Shown here: positions 8,554 through 15,928 of the stretch, piece after piece
Layout of the letters: each line of letters begins with the position of its first letter
Numbering within the stretch: the first letter of the stretch is position 1
DNA from: Candidatus Diapherotrites archaeon CG10_big_fil_rev_8_21_14_0_10_31_34
GTDB lineage: Archaea; Iainarchaeota; Iainarchaeia; Iainarchaeales; 1-14-0-10-31-34
DNA length: 20,343 bases
Assembly: GCA_002763225.1 (NCBI GenBank)
Contig: PFAI01000003.1
Span: 1 to 20,343, forward strand
Reading direction: 5' to 3'
Made by a program: the position numbers and the translations under genes
Notes under the pieces: model-generated
The model's input: the letters and a program-made list of their open reading frames with translations, nothing else
The model's database searches: none
What the model was told of the DNA's origin: nothing

Positions 8554-9113
8554 TAAATCACCCTGAAAGCAATTAATTTTACTGTATAATTAACCGGAAT
8601 AAAGAATTTGCTTTTTGACTGGTTTTCTGTTATTTCTGCTCCAACCAGATTGTTTTTGTTTATTCCTCCGGTAAAATGAAATTCCACTAAAAAAATTTTT
8701 TCTTCTAATTTGATTACAATTGTTTTACTGTTTTCTTCAATGAATTCTTTTGTTATTTCTTTTCCTGTTATTTTAATTTTTTTGTATTCTTTGTTTGAGT
8801 TGATTTCTTTAACAAAAATTTCTTTTGCTTCTGTTTCAGAAAACACTTTAATCAGTTTTTCTGAAATTTTTTGGTTAATTTTTTTTCCTTCAGTTGAACC
8901 AAACAAAATTTCGTTTGAAATTGTTTCTTCTATAACTGAATCGACTGCATTTTCCAGTAAGTTTCTTTTAAAAGAAGTGTTTTCTATTTCAATTAATTCT
9001 GCTTCAGTTAAATTTTTCTTTGAATTAAACTCTCCGATTGAATAAACCAGATTAAAATAAATTAAAATAAAAATTAAAACCAGAACAAAACTCATTAAGC
9101 CTTTGTTTTTCAT
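8553..9113 (-). CDS. Class III signal peptide-like (pilin-like) protein, 186 aa; first gene of the - strand cluster
   Basis: MKNKG|LMSFVLVLIFILIYFNLVY (no acidic +5). Four N-X-S/T sequons: NLT, NTS, NQS, NYT. Confidence 0.72.
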   Translation of the reverse strand: MKNKGLMSFVLVLIFILIYFNLVYSIGEFNSKKNLTEAELIEIENTSFKRNLLENAVDSVIEETISNEILFGSTEGKKINQKISEKLIKVFSETEAKEIFVKEINSNKEYKKIKITGKEITKEFIEENSKTIVIKLEEKIFLVEFHFTGGINKNNLVGAEITENQSKSKFFIPVNYTVKLIAFRVI

Positions 9114-9135
9114 TCCAGAATTCTGTCTGAATTAA

Positions 9136-9165
9136 ATTAAATAGTTTTTCTAACGTTGATTGCCG
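9136..9165 (-). promoter_or_regulatory. Promoter of the - strand pilin-like operon: box CGGCAATCAACG (9165-9154), BRE-like GAAAAA, TATA TATTTAAT (9143-9136)
   Basis: Box at -52..-41 and TATA at -30..-23 from ATG 9113, the same spacing as the promoter at 5703-5732. Confidence 0.6.
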
Positions 9166-9167
9166 AA

Positions 9168-10151
9168 TTAATCTGTTTTAAACAAAGAGTCTGCAACTAA
9201 ACCAATTTTGATGTTTTTTAATTCTTTTGTCTGTAAAACTGAATTTCCGTTTATCTGGATTTCTTTTTCTGTTTTAACTGTAATTCCGTATTCTTCTGAA
9301 ATCCATGCTTTGACTTTTTGTTCATTGAAAGTGTATTCAATTATTCTTGTATTTAATCCATTAATCACTTCTTTTCCTATTTCTTTTAGTTCTGGATCAT
9401 TTAATGCCTGTTCTGTTGTTTTTTGGATTCCTGCAGGATCCTCAGTAACTGAAGGAATTGCATCTACAATAACTCCTAAACTTGTTTCTCCTTCTTTTGA
9501 ATAACTTCCATAATAAAACAGATTGTCTCCATCAAAAATCTGCACTACTTTATTTTCTTGTGTTCCTGTTTCAGTTCTGTATTTTCCGTTTTTTAAATAA
9601 TACTTTGAAGTTGTTGTATCTCCATTTGTTTGTTCAACTAAATCAAATTCAATGTTAGTTAACTCTTTTGATTTTCCCAGGATTTCCTGAATTGATTCTG
9701 TTGTTCTTTTATCTTCTTCTTTTTGTGCTCCTGAAATCAGTTCAGCATACTGGTTGTCATTAAAAGAAGTTTTTTCCGGTGCGCTCATTCCAGAGTTCAT
9801 TACTAAATTTGTTCCAAAAATAATGTAAACCAAAAATAAACAGCCTATTATTGTTGCACTCAATAAAATCATTATATTATGGCTTTCCGGTTCACTTAAT
9901 TTTTTTCCTTTTCTTGTGAGAGAATAGTATTTCCATTTTCTTCCTTCATCTTGTTGTTTAATTAAATCTGAATTAACCAGCAGTTCTAAATGCTGTTTTA
10001 TGGTTGGAGAACTCATTTTTAATTTGCTTGATAACTCGCTTAAAGTATAATTTCTTTCATTTAACAGCTTAATTATTTCTATTCTGGTGTCTGAACTCAA
10101 TGCTTTGAACTCTTCTTTCCCTATAGTTAATTCATCGGTTAATTCGGTCAT
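9168..10151 (-). CDS. Membrane-anchored ArsR-type wHTH transcriptional regulator with a C-terminal extracytoplasmic LolA/RseB-like domain
   Basis: FKALSSDTRIEIIKLL...TLSELS...TIKQHLELLVNSDLI...RKWKYYSLT (ArsR wHTH). TM IMILLSATIIGCLFLVYIIFG. Then KYYLKNGKYRTE...IFDGD...IGKEVING...KAWISEEYGITVK...LKNIKIG.VADSLF, a LolA-superfamily pattern. Confidence 0.85.
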   Translation of the reverse strand: MTELTDELTIGKEEFKALSSDTRIEIIKLLNERNYTLSELSSKLKMSSPTIKQHLELLVNSDLIKQQDEGRKWKYYSLTRKGKKLSEPESHNIMILLSATIIGCLFLVYIIFGTNLVMNSGMSAPEKTSFNDNQYAELISGAQKEEDKRTTESIQEILGKSKELTNIEFDLVEQTNGDTTTSKYYLKNGKYRTETGTQENKVVQIFDGDNLFYYGSYSKEGETSLGVIVDAIPSVTEDPAGIQKTTEQALNDPELKEIGKEVINGLNTRIIEYTFNEQKVKAWISEEYGITVKTEKEIQINGNSVLQTKELKNIKIGLVADSLFKTD

Positions 10152-10236
10152 TATTCATAAATTCGGTTTCAAGCACTTTAAATAGCTTTCATTTTGGTTA
10201 GGAAAAACATTTATTTACTTTAACTGTATGGTGTTT

Positions 10237-11121
10237 ATGCTTTGGGTTATTTTTGCTGTTCTGGCTGCATTTCTTTTTGCGACAGCAAACATTATTGACA
10301 AATTTTTGATGTCTAACTGGATTGATAAACCAATAATTCCAATGCTTATTTTAGGGTTAATTTCTGTTCCAACAGTTTTATTTTTTTATTTTTTTTACGG
10401 GTTTATGTCTCTTTCTTTTTTTAATTTGTTTTTGGCTTTGCTTGCAGGAGCATTTTTTGGTTTTTCAAATTTGTTGTATTTCAAAATAATTAAAATGCAG
10501 GATATTTCTGTTGTAATTCCCTTGTTTTATTTTGAGCCATTGGTTGTGCTGATTATTGCGTTTATTTTTCTTGGAGAAGCCTTTACTTTTTCTACTTATT
10601 TAGGGATTTTTCTTCTGGTTTCCGGTGCAGTTTTGGTTTCCTTAAATGCCAGAATTAAATTTTATTCAGCAAAATTTCTGGTTTTATTGTTTGTTTCAAT
10701 TCTTTTTTATTCGGTTGAAACTGTTATTGTAAAATATTTGCTTGAGTTTGCAGATTTCTGGACTGTTTTTTCTTTCGGCAGGATTGGAATGCTTTTAGTT
10801 TTAATTCCGTTTTATTTTATTTATTTTAAGAATTTAAAAGAATTGTTTGCACCGCATAATAGGAAAATTCTTGCAGTTATTTCTTTAAGTGAAGTGCTTG
10901 GTTTAACAGGATATTTTTCTTTTACTGTTGCTTTGTCTTTTGGTTTTGTTTCACTTGTAAGCGCTCTTGTTGCAGTACAGCCTTTTTTTGTCTTGTTTTT
11001 TGCTGTTTTGCTGAGTTTTTTTTGGCCGTCAGTTTTAAGAGAAAACACAAATCTAAAAACAATTGCATTAAAATTTATTGCAATTTTTTTAATGTTTGCA
11101 GGAGCAGTCCTTATAATCTGA
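10237..11121 (+). CDS. EamA / drug-metabolite transporter (DMT) family permease; alternative start 10228
   Basis: Two 5-TM repeats: 'LWVIFAVLAAFLFA...IDKFL', 'ISVVIPL...P.....AFIFLGE', 'VSLVSALVAVQPFFV...LRE'. BRE/TATA GGAAAAAC-ATTTATTT at 10201-10216 favours ATG 10237. Confidence 0.92.
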   Translation: MLWVIFAVLAAFLFATANIIDKFLMSNWIDKPIIPMLILGLISVPTVLFFYFFYGFMSLSFFNLFLALLAGAFFGFSNLLYFKIIKMQDISVVIPLFYFEPLVVLIIAFIFLGEAFTFSTYLGIFLLVSGAVLVSLNARIKFYSAKFLVLLFVSILFYSVETVIVKYLLEFADFWTVFSFGRIGMLLVLIPFYFIYFKNLKELFAPHNRKILAVISLSEVLGLTGYFSFTVALSFGFVSLVSALVAVQPFFVLFFAVLLSFFWPSVLRENTNLKTIALKFIAIFLMFAGAVLII

Positions 11122-11169
11122 ATTTTTTCCAATAAAAAAAGTTAAATACTTTTGCCGTGTAAATGGATT

Positions 11170-12492
11170 ATGGCGTTTTATTTTTCCAAGGCATTAATGT
11201 TGTTTTTCAGGACATTTTCTTTTGTTTTTGCAAGATTAATCATTAATGTTTATTTTGTATTGTTTTCCATGCTAATTGCTTTAGCTTTTATTTTAGCACC
11301 TTCTTTTTTGAATTTAGCCAGTCCTGCAGACACTGCTTTTTTGATTGCAGGATTACTTGTTTTTCTGCTTTACTGGCATCTTTTCAGAAAAATGTTTTTG
11401 TATGTTTTAAGGTCTTCCGGGGTAGTAGTTATTTCAGAGTATGTTTTCGGAAGAACTGTTCCTGTTTCAAAACAAAATTCTTTTGGATTTAATTTAATTA
11501 AAAAAAAGTTTTCTTCCCTTAAAAACTTCAGGGAATTTGAAGACAAATCAAAAAAAGTTATTGGAAGAATTTACGGAGTATTAGGTTTTGTTGCATTTAT
11601 TCCAAATGTAACTCAGGCAATTTCTTCTGCAGTTCTTTCATATGTTTTTGCAGACAACAAAGTTGAATCAAATACTTCTTTAAGAGACGGCTTAATTTTG
11701 TTTTATCAAAAAAAAAACAGGATTTTATTTGAAGTTTTTGCAATGCAGATTTTTTCTTACATTATATTCTTTTTATCTTATCTTATTTTGTTTATTGCTT
11801 TAAGCCCGGTAACTTCAATTTTAGTTTATCCGTTTGATTTGATTTCTTTTGTAATGATTTTTTTGATTTTACTGCTGTTTTATTCGTCTTTTGTTTCTCA
11901 TTTTCTTATCTGCTGGCAAAGCATTTATTTTATTGAAATGATTAGAAACGATGTTGCATCAAAAAAAATAAGAAGTTTATTGGAAAAACGTTCAAAAGAT
12001 TTCAATGAAATTTCAGCTAAATCAAAAGTGTTTATTCCCCTGCAAACCATTACTTCAAGAAATTTAATGTATTCTTTTGATAAAACAGAAAAAGAAAAAA
12101 GAGCGTCTTTGCTGGTTTCATTAGATGGAACAATAAAAGACAAAGATATTTTAGAAGAAGAAACAAAAGGAGGAGAAGCCTTATCCAATCTTGTTTCAAA
12201 AGTAACAGAAATTAAATCCAGTGCAAAAAAAAAGGAAATAAACAAAAAAGAAGAAAAATACAAAGAAAGAATTTTCAAGAAATACAGAAAAGAAAAAGAA
12301 TACAACAGAATCTTTAATTTGCTTTTAGAATTCCTTGGAAGTGAATTAGGGACAAAAAACAAATACCAAATAGTTTACTTGGAAAAAAAAGAAGAAAACT
12401 GGTTTGCAAAAGTTTTAATCAACCAAACTCCTTTTCATTTTAGTTTAGACAAAAACGGAAAAATACTTGATTTTGAAGAACAAGAACAATAA
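11170..12492 (+). CDS. Uncharacterised multi-pass membrane protein with a charged linker and a small C-terminal PepSY-like beta domain
   Basis: Long ORF with about 5 hydrophobic segments, a K/E-rich linker and the terminus 'YQIVYLEKKEENWFAKV....FHFSLDKNGKILD'. First ATG at 11170. Confidence 0.7.
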   Translation: MAFYFSKALMLFFRTFSFVFARLIINVYFVLFSMLIALAFILAPSFLNLASPADTAFLIAGLLVFLLYWHLFRKMFLYVLRSSGVVVISEYVFGRTVPVSKQNSFGFNLIKKKFSSLKNFREFEDKSKKVIGRIYGVLGFVAFIPNVTQAISSAVLSYVFADNKVESNTSLRDGLILFYQKKNRILFEVFAMQIFSYIIFFLSYLILFIALSPVTSILVYPFDLISFVMIFLILLLFYSSFVSHFLICWQSIYFIEMIRNDVASKKIRSLLEKRSKDFNEISAKSKVFIPLQTITSRNLMYSFDKTEKEKRASLLVSLDGTIKDKDILEEETKGGEALSNLVSKVTEIKSSAKKKEINKKEEKYKERIFKKYRKEKEYNRIFNLLLEFLGSELGTKNKYQIVYLEKKEENWFAKVLINQTPFHFSLDKNGKILDFEEQEQ

Positions 12493-12530
12493 TATATTTT
12501 ATATATATTATTTATATACTTAATTTTTTG
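12488..12530. other. Extremely AT-rich, TA-alternating tract upstream of orc1/cdc6 (possible duplex-unwinding element or terminator)
   Basis: 12488-12518 is 31 consecutive A/T bases, in the intergenic region before cdc6. No canonical ORB seen. Confidence 0.3.
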
Positions 12531-12637
12531 GCTAATTGTTTTTTTGATAAAAAAATTGGTGCAAGCATAACACAAACCCGTTTTTTCTTTTGATTCCTAT
12601 TATTTTAATATTTTGTTGGGTGTAATTCTTTTTTGTT

Positions 12638-13762
12638 ATGCCTAATATTTTTTCAAAGAAATCCATTAATGAGATTTTTAAGGATGAAAGAGTGTTGTAT
12701 CCTGAATTTTTGCCTGAAAGGCTTCCTCACAGGGAAAAAGAAATTGAATCCTTGGCTTTTTGTTTTAAGCCTGTTATTTCAGGAAAAAAACCTGTTAATG
12801 CAGTTGTTTTGGGTTCTTCTGGCACAGGCAAAACTGTTTCATCTAAATTTGTTTTATCTCAGTTAGAAGAATTTTCTTCCAGAACAAAAAGCCTTTACAT
12901 TAACTGTTTTGAATTTAACACAAGAAATTCTGTTTTAATCCAGATAGCTAATTTTGTTGGTGCAGCAATTCCCAGAAGAGGCCTTGCAACAGATGAAATT
13001 TATTCTAAAATGCTTGATTATGTTAAAAAATGTAATTTTTCTCCAATAATTATTTTGGATGAAGCCGATCAGTTAGTTTTGAAAGAAGATGGCTCAAAGC
13101 TTTTGTATGATTTATTGAGAATAATTGAATTTGAAAAAATTCATTTTGGATTGATTTTAATTTCCAATAACTTTTTGATTTTATCTAAACTTGATTCAAG
13201 AGTTAAAAGCAGTCTTGCTTCAGAAACAATTGTTTTTGAAAAGTACTCTCCAGGGCAATTAAAAGACATTTTAAATGAAAGAGCTGTTATGGCTTTTTTT
13301 GATTTAGTTTTAGATAAAGATGTAATTAATGTTGCTGCAGCACGTTCAGCTAAACTTGGAGGAGACGCAAGAATTGGAATTGAATCATTGCTTAAGGCAG
13401 GAAGAATAGCAGAAAAAGAAAACTCAAAAAAAGTTTCTCTTTCTCATTTAAAACAAGCTTTTTCTGATATGGATTCTGCGATTTTGTCTAAAACTTTTCC
13501 TTTTCTTTCAGACCAGGAAAAAATATTGTTAAATTTAATTTCTGTTTTTGACGGAGTTTTTTCCGGAGATTTGTTTGAAAAATATTCTAAAACCCAAGAG
13601 CATTTAGAGTTAAGGCAGTTCCGTGCAACTCTTTCAAAGTTTGAATCAATGAATTTGATTTCTGCTCCATTGCTTGACAAAAAACCTAAAGGCAAAAGCC
13701 GTTTTATTTCACTTAAAGTTCCAAAAGATTCTTTAATGAAGTTTGTCAAACAAAAAAATTAA
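12638..13762 (+). CDS. cdc6: Orc1/Cdc6 family replication initiation protein
   Basis: IFKDERVLYPEFLPERLPHREKEI, Walker A GSSGTGKT, YINC, Walker B IIILDEADQL, GDAR sensor-2, C-terminal wHTH. Confidence 0.96.
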   Translation: MPNIFSKKSINEIFKDERVLYPEFLPERLPHREKEIESLAFCFKPVISGKKPVNAVVLGSSGTGKTVSSKFVLSQLEEFSSRTKSLYINCFEFNTRNSVLIQIANFVGAAIPRRGLATDEIYSKMLDYVKKCNFSPIIILDEADQLVLKEDGSKLLYDLLRIIEFEKIHFGLILISNNFLILSKLDSRVKSSLASETIVFEKYSPGQLKDILNERAVMAFFDLVLDKDVINVAAARSAKLGGDARIGIESLLKAGRIAEKENSKKVSLSHLKQAFSDMDSAILSKTFPFLSDQEKILLNLISVFDGVFSGDLFEKYSKTQEHLELRQFRATLSKFESMNLISAPLLDKKPKGKSRFISLKVPKDSLMKFVKQKN

Positions 13763-13839
13763 ACGTGCATTAAATTCATTAATTTTCCAAAAGAAAAGAA
13801 TTAAATACCTCTATTTCTTTTATTTATTCAGGTGATGTG

Positions 13840-14184
13840 ATGATAAAAAAGAAAGCAATTAAATCAAAGCCAGTTAAAACTGTTTTGAATGAAATTCCAT
13901 TTAAACAGCAAATTGAAGCCAAATACAAAATAAGGTCTTTTGAGCTTGCAGATGAAGAAATAGCTTTTAGAATGGTCAAGCTTTATTTTGAAGAAGTAGC
14001 CAGATTAGGATTTAAAAGAACCTTGGATTTGGATGCAATAATTAATGCATATTTTTATTCTCTTGCAAGACTTAAAAGAAAAGACAAGGAAATGGAATTA
14101 ATCAAAAAAAAAGTTTTAAGCGAAGAAGATGATTTATCAAAAGAATCCAAAACTGATTTATTTCCAGAACCAGGAAAAGGTTAA
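13840..14184 (+). CDS. Hypothetical protein (114 aa, predicted helical)
   Basis: Archaeal SD GGTGA (13831-13835) 4 nt before ATG 13840. Plausible codon usage. Oligo-T tract after the stop. Confidence 0.75.
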   Translation: MIKKKAIKSKPVKTVLNEIPFKQQIEAKYKIRSFELADEEIAFRMVKLYFEEVARLGFKRTLDLDAIINAYFYSLARLKRKDKEMELIKKKVLSEEDDLSKESKTDLFPEPGKG

Positions 14185-14188
14185 TCCC

Positions 14189-14204
14189 TTTTTCTCTTTT
14201 TTTT
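14189..14204 (+). terminator. Oligo-T archaeal-type terminator candidate
   Basis: TTTTTCTCTTTTTTTT directly after the stop at 14184, between convergent genes. Confidence 0.45.
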
Positions 14205-15840
14205 ATATTTCTATTTCAATCACTGAAACATTTGTCTCTAATCCAAACTCTTGCATAACTTTTTGATTTATTTCCCCTACAAAACCTTTTTTTCCGTCAG
14301 AGAATTCAATTAAAGCGCTTTTTCCTTCAGCTAAAAAACTTGTTTTTGCTTCTTTTAACTTAACTTTCATTTTTAATTCTCTTGCTATTGCTTCTAAAAT
14401 TGATTTTACTTCATTAAAGTTTGTTTTTGAATGAGTAATTGAAACGCATAATTTCCATTTTTCTTCTACTCCTGTTTCTTTTTCTGAATTTAATTCAATT
14501 GTTCTTCCTACTTCAAAAATTTTTTGAGGATAACTTTTATTCTTGTTTTTGCTTAAAAAATCAAGTGACTCAGGCAGCAATTTTTTCCTGAATATTTCCC
14601 AGTTAGATGAAACAGGATTAGCTATTTCAACAAATTCTTCTTTTAAATTCATTTTCTTCATTTGAGTTTCTTTTGAAGTCAAATGATTTGAAGCAATTTC
14701 CTGCAAGCCAAATCCAATACATAATTCTCTTACTTCTTTTAATTGAGTTGATTTTTCTTCAACACTTCCTAAAGTAAAAACATCAAGTTTTTCCGGTTCA
14801 AACTTGTTGTAATCAAATGCAATAGCAATATCTTCTATTACATCCCATGGATGAATTATGTCTTTTCTGTAATTCCCAAATTCAACAGTTATTTTTTTTC
14901 CTTTGATTTTTCCTTTTAATCTCTTTTTTTCCAGCAGTTTTAATATTTCTTTTCCTGAAAAGTTTGTTCCAAGCAGTTCATTTACTTCGCTTAAATTAAA
15001 AACAATTTTTTCTTTTTTAAATTCAGGGGAAATTAATTTCTTTTTTTCATAATCTAATTCAACTGAATAAATTTTTCCTTTTCTGTCAGCTAAAGCCATG
15101 CACATAATCTTTAACGCAGTGTCAACTAATTTTTGATTAAATCCTGTTACATCAACAAACAAGTTTTTTGTTTGTTCTGTTACTTTTCCTGATGTATCTG
15201 AATTAATTATCGGAGGCATTGATAAAACTTCGTTGTTTTCATCAGCCAATAAAGGAAATTTTTCAAACCCTTCTATGAGCTTTCCGTATTCTTTTCCTTT
15301 TGGATGCTTTATTAAAATTTCTCTTAAGCTCATACTCTCAGAAAAACCTAATGGAATAAATTCCATTGAAGGCTCTGCAGCAAAATACTTTACATTTCCT
15401 TTAACTTTATCCAAATCAAATACTCCTATTGCAACCTGTTCTCTTTTTTTTCCAAAGCTCTGGCAGATTTTTTCCTGCAATTGAATTATCTGTAATAAAA
15501 TTTCTTCAGTTATTTCAATTCCTCTAATTTCTGCATAAGCTGCTTTTGGTCTTATGTCTTTTAAATTTGAATCAATTTTTGCTTTTCTTTTTCCTTTCAA
15601 AACTTTGTATTCTGGAATCCCTTTTTCTTTTCCAATAAAAGCTTTTATTTCTCTGGCAATTCCTTCAACTGACCATAAATCCGGTCTGTTAGTTTCTTTT
15701 ATGTCAATCTTTAATTCATCTTCGTTTATTCCATCTAATTCTCCTTTGACTCCTAACAATACGTCTTCTAATTCTTCTTTTGAAAACTTTTTTCCAACCA
15801 GTAATTCAAAATCTTTTTTTGAGCATTCAATTGTAGGCAT
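14203..15840 (-). CDS. pheT: Phenylalanine--tRNA ligase beta subunit (archaeal type)
   Basis: MPTI start, TNRPDLWSVEGIAR, QLQEKI...GKKR...AIGVFD, VLSMPPIINS, YRKDIIHPWDVIEDIAIA. Confidence 0.97.
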   Translation of the reverse strand: MPTIECSKKDFELLVGKKFSKEELEDVLLGVKGELDGINEDELKIDIKETNRPDLWSVEGIAREIKAFIGKEKGIPEYKVLKGKRKAKIDSNLKDIRPKAAYAEIRGIEITEEILLQIIQLQEKICQSFGKKREQVAIGVFDLDKVKGNVKYFAAEPSMEFIPLGFSESMSLREILIKHPKGKEYGKLIEGFEKFPLLADENNEVLSMPPIINSDTSGKVTEQTKNLFVDVTGFNQKLVDTALKIMCMALADRKGKIYSVELDYEKKKLISPEFKKEKIVFNLSEVNELLGTNFSGKEILKLLEKKRLKGKIKGKKITVEFGNYRKDIIHPWDVIEDIAIAFDYNKFEPEKLDVFTLGSVEEKSTQLKEVRELCIGFGLQEIASNHLTSKETQMKKMNLKEEFVEIANPVSSNWEIFRKKLLPESLDFLSKNKNKSYPQKIFEVGRTIELNSEKETGVEEKWKLCVSITHSKTNFNEVKSILEAIARELKMKVKLKEAKTSFLAEGKSALIEFSDGKKGFVGEINQKVMQEFGLETNVSVIEIEI

Positions 15841-15881
15841 TAAAAATCCATTTCCTTAATTTCTTTGATTAAATTTTTCAT
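15840..15881 (-). CDS. Putative micro-ORF 2 (13 aa, MKNLIKEIKEMDF)
   Basis: Its ATG overlaps the TAA of micro-ORF 1, and its TAA overlaps the pheT ATG (TAATG). Translation is not demonstrated. Confidence 0.45.
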   Translation of the reverse strand: MKNLIKEIKEMDF

Positions 15882-15928
15882 TAAATCCTTTCCTCAAAAA
15901 TTTCTCCAATTAAATTCTTTTTTTTCAT
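15881..15928 (-). CDS. Putative micro-ORF 1 (15 aa, MKKKNLIGEIFEERI)
   Basis: Its ATG overlaps the pheS TAA (TAATG) and its TAA overlaps the next ATG. Translation is not demonstrated. Confidence 0.45.
   Translation of the reverse strand: MKKKNLIGEIFEERI

Noticed and set aside
9116..9125. Perfect 10-bp palindrome CAGAATTCTG next to ATG 9113
   Set aside because: Single occurrence with no counterpart in the other pilin promoter. Plausible by chance in AT-rich DNA.
15841..15927. Repeats between pheS and pheT as a mini-CRISPR array
   Set aside because: Units are short and degenerate, the 'spacers' resemble each other, and no cas genes are present. Duplicated stop/start junctions explain them better.
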